This document shows, piece by piece, positions 62,504 through 64,000 of a stretch of 64,000 nucleotides of DNA (the first letter of the stretch is position 1; every line of letters begins with the position of its first letter). Both the position numbers and the translations under genes were made by a program. Origin of the DNA: Takakia lepidozioides (Eukaryota; Plantae; Bryophyta); contig CM060732.1 of NCBI GenBank assembly GCA_030704615.1, forward strand, positions 61,380,001 to 61,444,000, given 5' to 3'. The notes beneath the pieces are model-generated. The model ran no database searches. It was not told the origin of the DNA and worked only from the letters and a program-made list of their open reading frames with translations.

Positions 62504-64000
62504 CCCTTAAGTGTCAAACCGACCCGTTTTGGGTCGGTTAGGTTTCTTTAACCAGCCATAACTTCCTGTGGTTAAGGCTGATTGGCCTTTTTTTTGGCTC
62601 AATCGGTAGATAATCGGGTCCCCCCTCATATGGCATTGGCCAATTGGTCAATGCCTCAGGGGGTATGGGTCTGGACCAATTGGAAGGGGGCACACTCAGC
62701 TTTTTTAGGCCAATTTGGCCCCCCTAACCTGCCCAAGTTGCTGACATGGCAATTGCGGTCAGGTTAGGGTGACTGAAAGATACCCCATAAAGGTTAGGGC
62801 GGCACGCCCTTGATTGCCCGGCAGGGGCATGGCGCCCGGCGCAGGTCTGGGCATTCCCAGGCCTGGGCCCTAGCCTAAATCCACGGCGATGGCAGCTCCG
62901 GCTAACGCCATGCAGGGCGGGCTGGAGGGAGTGCAGCCGCGATGGTGGCAGAGCTCGGGGCTCGAGAAAAACGCCACGAGGGGTGGGCCAAACCTAGGGC
63001 GGGGGTGTGAGAGGGTTGAGGGTGGAGTGGCCCCCATGAAAGCAGGGCCGGGTAGCCAGAGGAGCTCCCAAACCCCGCGCCCTTCTGGGCTGTGGCTCCA
63101 AATATCCTAGGCCTGCAGGCTATACCAAGTCTTGGGCAGGGAACCTAAGGTGCATTTCAGTATGGCTGCATCGTCTGGAGCTCCCCGCCGGCAGCATTCC
63201 TTTGGTACTGCGTGATCGGACTCTATCGCATTATCTCCGGCACCAGGACTGGAGACGTGTCTGGCCCAGAGGCCACAGTAATTTGCAGATTGATGCGACG
63301 GCGCATCTTGACCATTGCAGAGGAGTATCGGGAGTATTGGATCTTTGCCCGGGTGGGACCCCCAGGCCTCGGAGCCCGGACGGCTCCCATCTCCACATTC
63401 TTCCGGTTCAACACCCATTGGCCAGGTTGTTGCCAGCCACCTTTCCTCGCTTATATTCATTTTGACTCGGCCCTTGATGTCCATCTTGCTTGGCAAGTGT
63501 CTTATTTGGCCTGTTGTACGCTGTGCCGCACCATCACCGACACCCTGCTGTATACGTGCAGCAGGACGATTTGACAATCGGCCCCATTGAGAGAGTGCGT
63601 AGGACGTGCTCTTTGCGGCCATTGCCCCGCCTTTGTGGATTGGCTGATTGGGGTAGGACCAGGAGAGAGCGGGATCGAGGGCGAGAGTCTCCCACATCCG
63701 AGGAGGTCTTGCCGACCCTTCCTGCCACCCCGATATTATCACCGAGGGACCACACCAGCGTCCCTTATCCGTGAGTTGATTACATCCGGTCCATTGTCAT
63801 TGCTACACACAGTTAGAGACCGGTCAGCAGATAGTTCTTTCTTTGCATCACCGGCTACAGTTTGTAGGTTGATCCCATTGGACCAAGCCCAGCCAGCAAC
63901 CTTTCCTTTTGGCCTAAGGACTCATCAAGCATATCTGCCTCGGTTACCACATCGCGTGGTACATGTGGCTTCTTCAGTAGAGAGTGCCCCGAGTGGACCT
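62504..64000. mobile_element. Probable left end of a larger TTAA-CCC (piggyBac-like) element with GC-rich interior, running off the window
   Basis: TTAA|CCCTTAAGTGTCAAACCGACCCGTTTTGGGTCGGTT. CGACCCG sits at element positions 17-23, as in the 33269 element. The other end is not visible and the interior ORFs are unassigned. Confidence 0.4.

Overview
Eukaryotic nuclear DNA from an intron-rich land plant. The PLS-DYW PPR style and a PepT-like transporter suggest a non-seed plant, but the species cannot be identified. Seven protein-coding genes can be assembled by hand from splice signals: an AP2 'Soloist' (At4g13040-like) transcription factor, a STOP1-like C2H2 transcription factor, a PepT/SLC15-like POT peptide transporter, a RUS4-like (DUF647) protein, phosphatidylserine synthase, a PMEI-PME pectin methylesterase and an intronless PLS-E-DYW PPR editing factor. 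The main signal missed by the ORF track is a polycistronic snoRNA cluster at about 18.07-19.30 kb. It contains a clear U14, three further box C/D RNAs with rRNA-antisense guides, an orphan C/D RNA, a degenerate U18-like segment and a structured H/ACA-like candidate. The cluster appears to lie in a non-coding host transcript divergent from STOP1. The 23-35 kb block is accessory DNA: PPR and prolyl-4-hydroxylase pseudogene fragments, a decayed 3-kb pogo/Tigger transposon, a TA-flanked MITE and two TTAA-CCC piggyBac-like non-autonomous elements. A related end occurs at 62.5 kb. A hAT MITE and a truncated non-LTR retrotransposon are also present. All homology and rRNA-target calls come from recalled sequence knowledge, not from database searches.
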